From Eukaryota sp. GEM-RC1 (Eukaryota): DNA of 64,000 nt. The notes under the pieces were generated by a model. It saw only the letters and a list, made by a program, of their open reading frames with translations. It did no database searches and was not told the DNA's origin. Positions 35,647-46,187 of this stretch are shown here, one piece after another. Position 1 is the stretch's first letter, and every line of letters starts with the position of its first letter. A program made the position numbers and the translations under genes. The DNA lies in the NCBI GenBank assembly GCA_040285855.1, contig JAUFOQ010000017.1:1736001-1800000 (forward strand), read 5' to 3'.

Positions 35647-37179
35647 ATGTCCCAAATCAATGACCCCGCTGTTTCAGGGGCATGTGAACCTTTGGTTAAG
35701 AAATCCCGCCTTGAAGACTCTGACTGTGGTTCTCAATTTTCTCAGCCAACAATCTCTCAACGAACATATGGAATTTCTCAATCAACAGAAGTAGTCGACG
35801 AAGTAGTCGAAGAACTTTACGTGTATGAATACGACTATGACTATGACTCAGTATCTGAACAACACCAATCGTCTTCTTCTGAAGATGAAGGATCGTCTAT
35901 TCATTTAATCCTTCAGTCCCTAATGAACGCTCCTCCATTGTCATCACTAGACCAACGTACAGGTTCAGCCGCAAAAGCCTTGATCGGATCATCAGCCATT
36001 GTGGATAAAATTGTGTCAAAACCAAGACTTGTTGAAGAGCTTGAATCCCTTTTAACCGAGATAGTTGCTCATGCTCAGGAGTGGTTCCAAAGCAATGCCA
36101 CTAAGAAGCGTATATCCGAAAGAACATTAATGCACAATTCCAGAGCGGTCGCTACAGTTGTGGTTCGTGAAATTATTCAAGAAAAACGTTTACTTCCGGA
36201 ACACTTTCCTCCTTTAGAGTCAGTCGAACATGAGTCTTCTATATATTCTGACTCTTCTTCATCATCAGCAACCGATTCTGGAGACTCATCAGAATTCTCC
36301 GCTCCTTCGTGTATTCCTTCTGAAGAAGAACTTCCAATTGTTGATCAAGATTCACCTAGTGCCAGTGAAGATGAGCCATTCATCGAGCCCGTCGTCCAAA
36401 AGAGGAAGGGAAAACAAAAGCAGATACAGTCAAAGCTTAAAACAACATCCACCAGACCAAAGGTGAATGTCAAAAAGCGGAAAAACAAATTGTCGGAAGA
36501 GTTCCAAACCATTATAAAAGCTAGGACGAAAATCGCAAATACACCTGCCAAGTATGAAACAAAATGCTATTGGACGTGGTATGAAGAACTACAACTAAAA
36601 CAAGTTGATGCTGAAGCCAACGGCAAACAACTGATTGCAAGATTACATCCCATCAATGTTCAATCAAATTTCATTGTAAGAACCAGTGTTGGATCTAAAA
36701 ATGAAGAGCATGCTTTTGTTAACGAAGAATTATTTAAGTGGATACACTCAGCTCCTTGTAATCCTGATCCAGATTGGCTTCCGGATTTAAATATTTTAAA
36801 TATTGATGATGAAGAAAACGAATCATATCAACTAAAACAGTTCCCTGAGTGTGAATCGTATAATGCCATTGCAGAAGTAGTAAGAACTTGTGATATGAAC
36901 TTTGACTCGGTATATGATACAAAAGACATTGAAGAATCAACAAATGAAGTAGATACCAATGAAGTAGAGACCAATGAAGAATCAACAATAACAGAGGTGG
37001 AGCCAACTGAAAACACACAGATTGTGAATCACACTTGTGCAGTTTGTAATTTGACAATAGATGTAAATCCAATTCAATGTAACGGAATGTGTGAGCAAAT
37101 GTTCCACTCCAAGTGTTTACAAGAAGTAGCTGATCTAGAGTTCTACTTTTGCAAACAGTGCGAGAGTGACTTTATGTAA
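35647..37179 (+). CDS. Acidic low-complexity nuclear protein with C-terminal PHD finger
   Basis: CAVC...IQCNGMCEQMFHSKCL...YFCKQC (C4HC3) and basic NLS-like patches. Confidence 0.8.
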   Translation: MSQINDPAVSGACEPLVKKSRLEDSDCGSQFSQPTISQRTYGISQSTEVVDEVVEELYVYEYDYDYDSVSEQHQSSSSEDEGSSIHLILQSLMNAPPLSSLDQRTGSAAKALIGSSAIVDKIVSKPRLVEELESLLTEIVAHAQEWFQSNATKKRISERTLMHNSRAVATVVVREIIQEKRLLPEHFPPLESVEHESSIYSDSSSSSATDSGDSSEFSAPSCIPSEEELPIVDQDSPSASEDEPFIEPVVQKRKGKQKQIQSKLKTTSTRPKVNVKKRKNKLSEEFQTIIKARTKIANTPAKYETKCYWTWYEELQLKQVDAEANGKQLIARLHPINVQSNFIVRTSVGSKNEEHAFVNEELFKWIHSAPCNPDPDWLPDLNILNIDDEENESYQLKQFPECESYNAIAEVVRTCDMNFDSVYDTKDIEESTNEVDTNEVETNEESTITEVEPTENTQIVNHTCAVCNLTIDVNPIQCNGMCEQMFHSKCLQEVADLEFYFCKQCESDFM

Positions 37180-37715
37180 CACAAGTCCCCCTATTTCACA
37201 ATATATATTTTTGAGTACATTTCTCTATCCTTTATTGTGTTGAGAATGTGGTTGATGTTGGAGCATTGTGAACTGATTTTTTCGACTAGTGGATGTGTAC
37301 TATTAATTGAAAATTGCCTGCTTTGATATTAACAAACTTGTGGTAATATGATACTGTGGCGGCGATTGTACCTCTTTCAATCAGTATTTCGCCTTCAAAA
37401 TCAAAAGTCAGTTGTTTTGAAGTGATCGAACATATGAATTCGCACCCATCTGTTCATCAATGGTACAATCAATGTTTCAAAAGCGATGGGATAACTGACA
37501 CATCCGCAAGAACTAAATGTCTCTAACAATAGATTTCTTGAACCTCCAAATTAATTACATTCAATGTCTTCAAAATGCCTTCCAGTAGATCACAAAGCTG
37601 ACACAAAACTAGGACCAGTTTCACAAAACATTGTTCTACATCGTTTCTTCTAAACCACGGAACGCAAATGTTCCGTACAGCGGCGATTTTAGGCGTACAG
37701 TACCGTACGTACAGT

Positions 37716-38368
37716 CAGGGCTCCTCATAAATAAATATAAATTCTATTTATTTCTATTTATTTCTATTTCTATTTATTTTTGAGCCTTTTTGGCGATCAT
37801 GCAAATAAAACAAAATAAAACAAAATATAAATAAATATAAATAAAATGTCGGAAAGTAAACTTCATTGATTTATATAACAAATCGGTTAATTTCATGCTC
37901 AAATTTGTTGATTAACTTGAAACATGATGTGTGAAATACTCAAGCTCAGCCCAAAATTAAGGTTGAGACATTTTTCCTCAAACTTTGCCATTTCAATGTC
38001 GAACCAAACCGACACAGACGAGCCTTTGCCTGTGTTCTAAGCCAATCCCACAACTATATCCGGGCATGTGATTAGTGAACGATTCTCATGGTCGTCGACG
38101 ATGCTGAATATTGAACTAATGTTGAAGATCTACAGGTGGTGGCGACACAGTCAGAGCACTTGAAGCAGAAAGTCAACTAACCATTTTCGAAAAGAAAGGG
38201 ATGATCAAATGGATTGTGTAATCATCGATAGAAACTGAGGGAAACTGTACTAATAAAATATTTTGTTTTTATTTGGGTTTTAATTTGTTTTAAGTATATT
38301 TATTTCACATTTATTTTTGGCACTTTTTGATGTTCAAATTATTTTAAATTATCTTATGAGAGGGCCTG
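37716..38368. mobile_element. hAT-type MITE with AAATA subterminal repeats
   Basis: Imperfect TIR CAGGGCTCCTCATAA / CAGGCCCTCTCATAA; 8-bp TSD CGTACAGT at 37708-37715 and 38369-38376. Confidence 0.85.
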
Positions 38369-38699
38369 CGTACAGTACAAGTACCGGTACTGTACTTTTA
38401 ACCGACTAAATTACATTATTACTATTTGAACATGATAATCCAATGTGAGATTTTAACAGTTGCCATCGTCACAAATTATACCGCTAAACAATGCTCAGGA
38501 TATCAATATCGTATTGGCACAACATTTTCACATTTGGGTTACGTCATTTGCTGATCACAACTTCCCCAAAATGACGTTTCTTCGTACGAAGCTCAGCAAT
38601 CGCTCGAAATCAACAATAATAGCTACGTATTCGAATCACAATGAGATTAACGAGTGACTACGAATATAACAATGATAAAGGGGCCCAAAAACCCACAGA

Positions 38700-38900
38700 T
38701 TGGATTTCTAAACGAACCAATTTTGGCCTCAATTCCGAATGAATTTGTCTCAGAATTTTCCAAAAATGTGTCAAAAAAACGAGTAGAATAATCGATCACC
38801 GGAATGTTACAAAAATCAACAGTTGAAACAACCGAAAACTTAAGAAGAAAGCAAGTTTGAAAATAAACTTCTAAACCAACTTAAAGGAAATACTAAAGTG
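38700..38900 (-). mobile_element. Degenerate internal fragment of CRE-like family B
   Basis: GAGTAGAATAATCGAT...TTACAAAAA and CCAAAAATGTG blocks align with ~30500-30640. Confidence 0.55.
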
Positions 38901-39309
38901 TTCATACGTCTAATAATCAATATCCGCACAGTCCAAATTGTCTATTTCCAAATTCTTACCTACCTTGTCCTCATAGTGTCTGCCAAGATATTTGAAAGCA
39001 TTAGAAACAGAAGTCAGCATACCATTAAAGATAGTAAACACATTTTGATTTTTCCAAAATCTAAGATCAAAATTGTGGGGCTGTAGAAAATGAATTACTA
39101 GTAGTTTCAGGACTCCACGATTAAAATTTATTATTTGAGAGTGTCAAGAAATTAATGATTTAATTTTAATTAAGGTAAGTGTACCACATTATAACCACAC
39201 AAGAAAAACCACACCACACAAATTGCTTGACAAGATTCTTCGGTCTCTCAAGTATCAACATTGACAATCTAAAACCATCTGGTATTGACACCAAAATGAA
39301 TTCATTTTT

Positions 39310-40008
39310 TGTATGAGATGGTATTTAGACATTATGAAGTTAAGTGATGTTTCAAAGATTCTGCTAGATATGGCTTGATGGCCATTGTCAGCCATTGTCA
39401 GCCATTGTCAGCCATTGTCAGCCATTCTACCATACGTCCATACGCCCATATGCGTATGGCATTTTCTGTTTTTGCCGTACGCATTTTGACTACATGTATC
39501 TGTATTTGAACTTCTTTGACGCAGAGACTCTATGACTTGTTTATAATTATGTAGATAAATATACTTTATTGAAAACGAAACCTCCACATCATCCATCTCA
39601 TTGGAAACATTATCACAATCAGGATACCATCTCTTCTGCCATTGCTTGATGTCTTTGATCTGAGTTCCATTGATGTGTATAGAAGCCAGTTTTTGTGCGT
39701 TCCATTATAAGTCTGTTTTTGTTCTTATCTCACTTTTTTGTATAAATAGTTCTAAAAAGGGAAACAACTACAATAAGTATGTTTCATCGTTTGTTGTGAA
39801 TGAATGAGTACGTAGTCAAACTCTTTCACATGATTCTACAGAGCATACTTGTTTTACTATTTTGGTGACAAATTGAAGTGTATGAGATGGTATTTAGACA
39901 TTATGAAGTCAAGTGAAGCCCGACAAATTCTGCTAGAAATGGCTTGATGCCCATTGTCAGCCATTCTACCATTCTACCATACGTCCATACGCCCATACGC
40001 GTATGGCA
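39310..40008. repeat. Pair of direct repeats (39310-39461 and 39879-40008) with variable GCCATTGTCA copy number
   Basis: Both start TGTATGAGATGGTATTTAGACATTATGAAGT and end CCATAYGCGTATGGCA; four versus one 10-mer units. Confidence 0.85.
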
Positions 40009-40084
40009 AATAAATTTTGGTTATGGCGCAACACTTTTTTTCACCACCTTTCTTCTCTGAACTAATCTGATCTAATTTGTTCTA

Positions 40085-40840
40085 ATGACAGACAACTTAA
40101 CCAAAATCAAATCTACTATTGGTCCTGTACTTGCTGAAGGCATTGCTGCTACTGTTTTTGCACAACCTGATGACCCTGTTTCTTTTCTAGGTAATTGGCT
40201 TTTATCCCGTGAGAGTGTGTCTCAACAACTAGAACAACAAGCTGAGTTTCGTAAATCTGTAGACAGTGCTCGAATTGAAGTTGCTGAACGTCGGAAACAG
40301 GAAGCTGAGGAAGAAGCTCGGAGAATAGAAGAAGAACGGATAGCAAAACATGAAGCCCATGTTGAATCTCTCGAACTGTCTTGCTCATCAGCACTAACAG
40401 ATGTCAACAATCTTGATTCTTCGTACAGACAACAACTCCTAGAAGAAGAAGAACCTCATCCCGATGTTTTCCGTGTTATCCGTTGTATTCTATACATCAC
40501 TTCTATGCTCCCTTCCCAAGTTCCTCCTTCTTGGAACGTCGCCAAGGTTCTCCTAACAGATCACGTCATCGATTCTCTAGAGTCATTATCTCTGGAGCCT
40601 AGTTCTACAGCTCTAATCAACAGAACTCGTTCCATAATGGATCTGTGTTCATCGTCATATGACGAGGAAGAGAATCCTTTAAATGAGTTCTTCTTGAGTC
40701 TGTCAGCATTTGTATCTCGTTGGTTGTCTCTTCAGGAAGTCTACCAACAAGATGGACTTTTAAAAGAGGAAGGTGATGACGAGGTTGATTTTGAACTGGT
40801 TGTTGAGGAAAAGGAACCATCTGATAATGATGACGAGTAG
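40085..40840 (+). CDS. Dpy-30 dimerisation-motif protein (DYDC / radial-spoke-type)
   Basis: IGPVLAEGIAATVFAQPDDPVSFLGNWLL Dpy-30 motif followed by a charged coiled coil and acidic tail. Confidence 0.8.
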   Translation: MTDNLTKIKSTIGPVLAEGIAATVFAQPDDPVSFLGNWLLSRESVSQQLEQQAEFRKSVDSARIEVAERRKQEAEEEARRIEEERIAKHEAHVESLELSCSSALTDVNNLDSSYRQQLLEEEEPHPDVFRVIRCILYITSMLPSQVPPSWNVAKVLLTDHVIDSLESLSLEPSSTALINRTRSIMDLCSSSYDEEENPLNEFFLSLSAFVSRWLSLQEVYQQDGLLKEEGDDEVDFELVVEEKEPSDNDDE

Positions 40841-41489
40841 TTTTGATCTACCATCATTCTTTTTTTAAAAAAGAAATGTTATGTATTATATAAGTTTTTG
40901 AATTAAGTCTTTTTCTTCTGTTTCATACACAAATTGTTTAATTAATTTATGTTCTTTTCTTCTTTCTTGAAAGGTTTCTGATGAAATTGAGCCATACTTA
41001 ATTCGTGACATGTAGAAAGATGTATTACTACTGTTGATCCTTGAGTAATTGAATTCTGATATATAGATTTAGAAATTGTCGTTTGTGATAAATAGAAAGA
41101 AACTTGGAAGAAACTTAATGAAAATATATATGTATTCTCTTTCAGGATCCAACAGAAGACTTCTCAAGACTTCTCATGAGAACTTACTACAATGTAGTAC
41201 GTATTACATGGTAGAAATCTGTTTTCAGATCCAACTCATCCACTGTTTTATTCTACAGTAATGAATATTACCAAAAAGTGAAAACAAAATTGATTGACTA
41301 AGAAAGCGTTGTACATATACCAGGTTATAATATATACAAACAATGAACTTCTTTACTTCCTAGAACACTGACAAATTTTTGAACTAATCACAAGAGTGTG
41401 TAGGTCAGTTATATTAATTCTGTTTCTTGATCTGTTGGGGAAAGTGAATTCATGATCTTTAACTAAGTCTTACTCTTAACTCAAAACTT

Positions 41490-42422
41490 ATGCCTGCTCC
41501 CACTATTCTTGAGCAGATCTTTAATCCCGTAAACTACTTTTTGTTTGGAGTGGGGTCAACTGGGTCCTTTCTTGCAGCAATGTTTGCTGTCGGTGGTTCC
41601 GGCCTTTTCATCCCTATGATGATCTTCATAACCCCCCTATTTTTTGGACCTGATGTTATTGACATGCACATGGCCGCTGCTCTTTCCATTGGAACCATCT
41701 GGTTCAGTTCTTTGTCTGCGTCATTGTCCTTAAGAAGTGTTCTGAAGCAACAGTCAATTAAGCCACTGATTCTTGTACTGGCAATTCCTAGTATGATTGG
41801 TGGACTAATTGGTAGTACATCTACTAAATGGGTACCTGACATTGTTTTAAGAGCAATTTTCCCAGTGGGATTCTTTGCTGCTAATGCTATTCTCTTAAAA
41901 AAAGCCACACAATGATGAATGGGAACATATGGACGCACCAGTTCCTTACGTTGTGAAGGATTCTGTTATAGGAGCTTTAGGTAGTAGTTTGATCGCTTCT
42001 TTTCTTGGTTTTGGAGGTGCCACCTTTCTCAAACGTTTGTCAAGACATTTGTATTAATTATAGCGTATGTTTAGTTGATTAATCTTATTTTAGAATGTGC
42101 CTATATTACTTGAACATTCCAACTCGTGTTACCATGGCTGTAATCATGCCAGTTACAACTATTTTGACCACATCTTCTCTATTAGGTATTGAATCTCATT
42201 TAAAATCTAATTCCAGGCAAAATCATTTCTTCCCAAATTGACTACTTCAAGTGGATGTGGATGGCCGTTCCAGCGATACCTTTTGCGAAGTTAGGCGTTT
42301 GGGTGGGGAAGAAGACTAAAGCAAAGAATCTACGGACTGCTACTGCTTATTTATTCATGGGAATTGCTCTGTTGATGGGTGTAGAAGTTGCTTATCTGAT
42401 AGCTACTGGGCAAATCGATTAG
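41490..42422 (+). CDS. TauE/SafE (sulfite exporter) family membrane protein; introns 42035-42063, 42065-42093, 42186-42216; one frame break in an A7 run (~41900)
   Basis: Two homologous halves, FAVGGSGLFIPM...AAALS and FLGFGGATFLKPM...LNIPTRV, ending FAKLGVWVGKK...LR...GQID*. Confidence 0.8.
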
Positions 42423-42679
42423 ACATTTATTATTATTATTATTATTTTACCTTTTTTCCACTGAGAGATCCCTCGGAAAATGTTTTCCGAAACAGTGTTT
42501 ATCTCAACATACTTTATGGAGTTCAATGAATGTTTACAAGTAATGGTTTATCAAATATACCACATGATGATCTGAAATCCTCAATCTTTCTTGTAAGAAA
42601 ACATGAGTGCAAACAGGAATCAACTTGGTCAAGAAGCATTTTCTTTGTAATAGTTCAATATTTCCACATTTTTTGGGTC

Positions 42680-43110
42680 TTGATTTATTTAATAATTCTC
42701 GTCGGGACGACTTACGATGTCCTTTTATTGATTCCAGTCAAATCATCCTTGACAACAGTAGATCCATGTGCTCAAACTTTTGTTCACAGCTTAACTTCAA
42801 AAGGTTTCAACCACCTAGAAACAGCTGAAAATCGTAAAATCGATTTGTATTCCAAAGATGTTGCTAAACTCAATCAAAATTTGGATTTGTTCCATTTGCT
42901 GTTTCAATTTTGAATCGAACTTTCTAAATAAGTTTTGAACTTTGGCATGAAATCCATGACCTTGAAACATTTGAAAAGTAACATCTTTGACAGCATTATG
43001 AAAAACAGAACGATTCTTTTCGAAATATATTTGTGTACTATGTAATTACTACTAATAGTCATGAAATCATATAAATTTCCTGGTTTAAACACTAAATTTA
43101 ATGAATACAA
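42680..43110 (+). mobile_element. Degenerate CRE-like endonuclease-region fragment
   Basis: SRRDDLRCPFIDSSQII / LTTVDPC...LETAENRK..Y / FVPFAVSI in shifting frames. Confidence 0.7.
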
Positions 43111-43120
43111 ATAACTAAAA

Positions 43121-44438
43121 TCAAACAGTACAACTCAAATCTACGGCTTTCACTTCACACTTATTCATTTTCTTCTTCCAACTTCTATAAACAACATTGG
43201 AAGTGTACAATGCTAAGACCGATATCACCGCAGGAATATAAAACAACGATGGGGAAGCAAGCAAAGCCGAAAGTGAAAAATTACAAACGCAAACAGTTGA
43301 GATAATGTTTGCTCAACTCCACTTAATATTGGTCTTCCATCTTGAGAACAATACTGCTGCACGATTTGCCCTTCTACTAGAGAAAAACCATATAAACCAA
43401 AACGACCAAGAACAATAAACAAAGTAAAGAGCAAAACAAATAAATAGACATACGAATCAGTAAAAAGGGTATACAAAAGACAAAAGATACCAATAGTGGA
43501 AAAGAATACTTGGGATAAAGAGTAAAAACTTCCAGTATTAGCCAAGCCTTTTTTCTGTACCATTTTCTTAAAGACAAAAGTACACATAATACCACTAACA
43601 GCATTGAAAACTCTTACTCCTGACAGAACTGAAGGGGAAACACCCTGAGTTGATAGAAATGACGTCATCAGAACTCCTTGAGGAGAGAGTACAGTGAAAA
43701 ATAGAAATGACTGAGCAATGACAGCAAGGAAGGCGGGTTCAGATCGTGATTGGACGATGTCCTTTTGATCTGGGAGAGTTTTGAGGGCTTTTTAATCTTC
43801 AACTCTTGAGCAATGGACACAGACAACTTGTCCCCTGCTCTTGACGAAAGTAGTTGGAGTAGTAATGCTTCTGGGAAGAATGAAACCATGTTGAGGATAG
43901 CAACTGAATATAGGGAAATAGAAGGTCCCAGGAATTGAAAGACCAAACCAGCCACTACAGGAGACAAGATCTTGGTTCCTAAATCGATTCTGGCAACGAT
44001 TGCGTTTGATGAAGTAAGGTGGTCGTCGGAGGAGACGAGGAGGGGAAGCCAGTCTCTCGTAAGGGATATATCAGTTCCTTTTGAAGTCAAAGTGGATCCA
44101 GCTTCAGCAAGAGATAATGTCAAAACTAGAGGAAGGAACATAAAAGATGATTCAGAGAAATTGTGTAACAGTAACAATGAGCCAAAAGAGGCCACCACAC
44201 AAAGAGATTGGCAAAAAATAAAGACAATGACGGTTTTTAATCGAGAAGATTGACGGGATATAAAAGAACCAATTGATGTGGAAAATAGAGTCAAAATCAG
44301 GGCTTCAGTTAAAGCGATCACTGATGGAGCGGTCAGATCATCAGGAAAGAAAGACGCTAGGTAGATTGGAATGATCATATCCCATGCTCGATCTCCAATT
44401 TTTGTAAGAAGAGCTGCTGAATAGAGCAAACCCAACAT
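43121..44438 (-). CDS. SLC40A1: Ferroportin (SLC40/FPN1 family) iron exporter, two apparent frame breaks
   Basis: LYSAALLTKIGDRAWDM, LTRDW, NA..ARIDL..KILSP, FLFFTVLSP.G.LMT, GRFGLYGF.L...QIVQ, GVEQ.L motifs. Confidence 0.85.
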
Positions 44439-45173
44439 AAATTGTGATGGGAATATTGCATTGGAGGAGTAGAGAAAGGATCATGACATGTGAACGAAAT
44501 CCCAGGGTAACCGGGGGTTCTGTACCATATTTACGGCTACTATTTTTGTACATCACTGATCTAAACTACTGTACTGTACTGTATTTCACTTCAACACCAA
44601 TCAACGGAAGAACATGTATTTTGGATTTGGGTTATACTTGATGCAAGCTGTATAATGGACCCGCTTTTGAATGATTCCACAACAAGAAAGATCTAATCGA
44701 CAATCCATACTGTTTGGAATACTTTTAAAGATTTCTATTTTTTCTCCCTCTATTCCATTTAATATATCAAGAAGATCACTTGTTGAAGGGAGATAATTGA
44801 AGTGACACGTATCGAGTTTACTCTGATCCTCGGGTGTTAATTTCCCAAAGTGATACTGCTTACTATGTTTTAACAATGTATAACAGTTGAAAAATGAATT
44901 GGATGTATTTTATAAACATTAATTTGCGTAATACATATGTAATGCAGCAAGTCCAGGGTTAATACATCACTCGTGCTGTCATCAGATAAGTTTTGGTTCC
45001 TTCACTTACCATCTCAGGATGCACATACTCCCAAAGGACTTGATTCTATTTTTGTAATCGAAATTACAAGAATGTGCAAAATGATCAAACGGAATAAAAT
45101 TGGGAAATGACAGGTATGGTTCTTAGCCAACACTTCCAACACTGAAACAGAGTCTTTGGAAGAATCTAGAGGA

Positions 45174-45338
45174 GATTCAGACACGTTTGATTCTCAGGTT
45201 AGTGACTGAGAAAGTTGTCCTTCGCTTTGAACATACTTTGAGTAAGACTGGGATTCAGACACGTTTGATTCTCAGGTTAGTGACTGAGAAAGGTGTCCTT
45301 CACTTTGAACATACTTTGAGTAAGACTGGGATTCAGAC
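45174..45338. repeat. 78-bp tandem duplication within a degenerate intergenic region
   Basis: GATTCAGACACGTTTGATTCTC...GAGTAAGACTGG present twice with 2 differences plus a partial third start. Confidence 0.85.
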
Positions 45339-46187
45339 ATAAAACCAGTAATATTGCTGTGACTGGATTTGGCTCTAGACAAGGGAGAATGTGTATAATT
45401 TCTGAAAACTAACTACAATCCATCGGTTATCGTAAATTTGGATAGTTGTTCTTCACACGAATATTTCGCCGTTTTCTGATTTGTGATAACAACATTCACA
45501 CATTTGAAGAGAGCTCTCATACAAGCTCACAATAGTACAAATGGATGTCTTCTGTCTTTGGTTGTTTTATCACTTAGAACTCATTCGGTATGTATCGTGA
45601 AAGTGGTTTATCGTTCCTTTGACGACACACACAGGGGAGTAGATTCATATTTTGTATTTACGTCATCAACTAATATTTGTCGATCGGACATATATAATTG
45701 ATGTATATTTTGTACAAGGGTCTTTGTTAAGAAACATTGTTTCTGTAATTTATTCGTTGCTAATCTATTTTGGCCCCTTGTTTTCACTAACTTGTTTTGA
45801 TTGGTTCAATACACTCAACCAATATTTGATCGTTTCTATTTACCTGGCTATAACCGATTAACAGATGACAAATTCGCATAATATCATTCAAGTATTTTCA
45901 TGAAAATACTTTGATCCCAAATTACGTCTGTAATCACAATAAACCTACCATTATTGCACTTATGTAGTCTAAGTGATCACAAATAACATTGTGATTTGTG
46001 AAGAACAACTACAAGTTTGTTAATTTGCGTTGTTAAGATAAAGTGAGATAGCATCAACACTGATACACAAACAATCCTTTGAAACGAACATTTGCGGTAG
46101 AGTCAACATGTCTCACTGTGATGGAAATATTCCTGTACAAGATGTTGATTGGAATGAAATCATTGGAAGATACTTTTTCTCTCCTAA

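Noticed and set aside
44500..46150. Short ORFs in the region upstream of the 975-aa gene
   Set aside because: Stop-riddled, no identifiable termini or domain; probably decayed mobile DNA.
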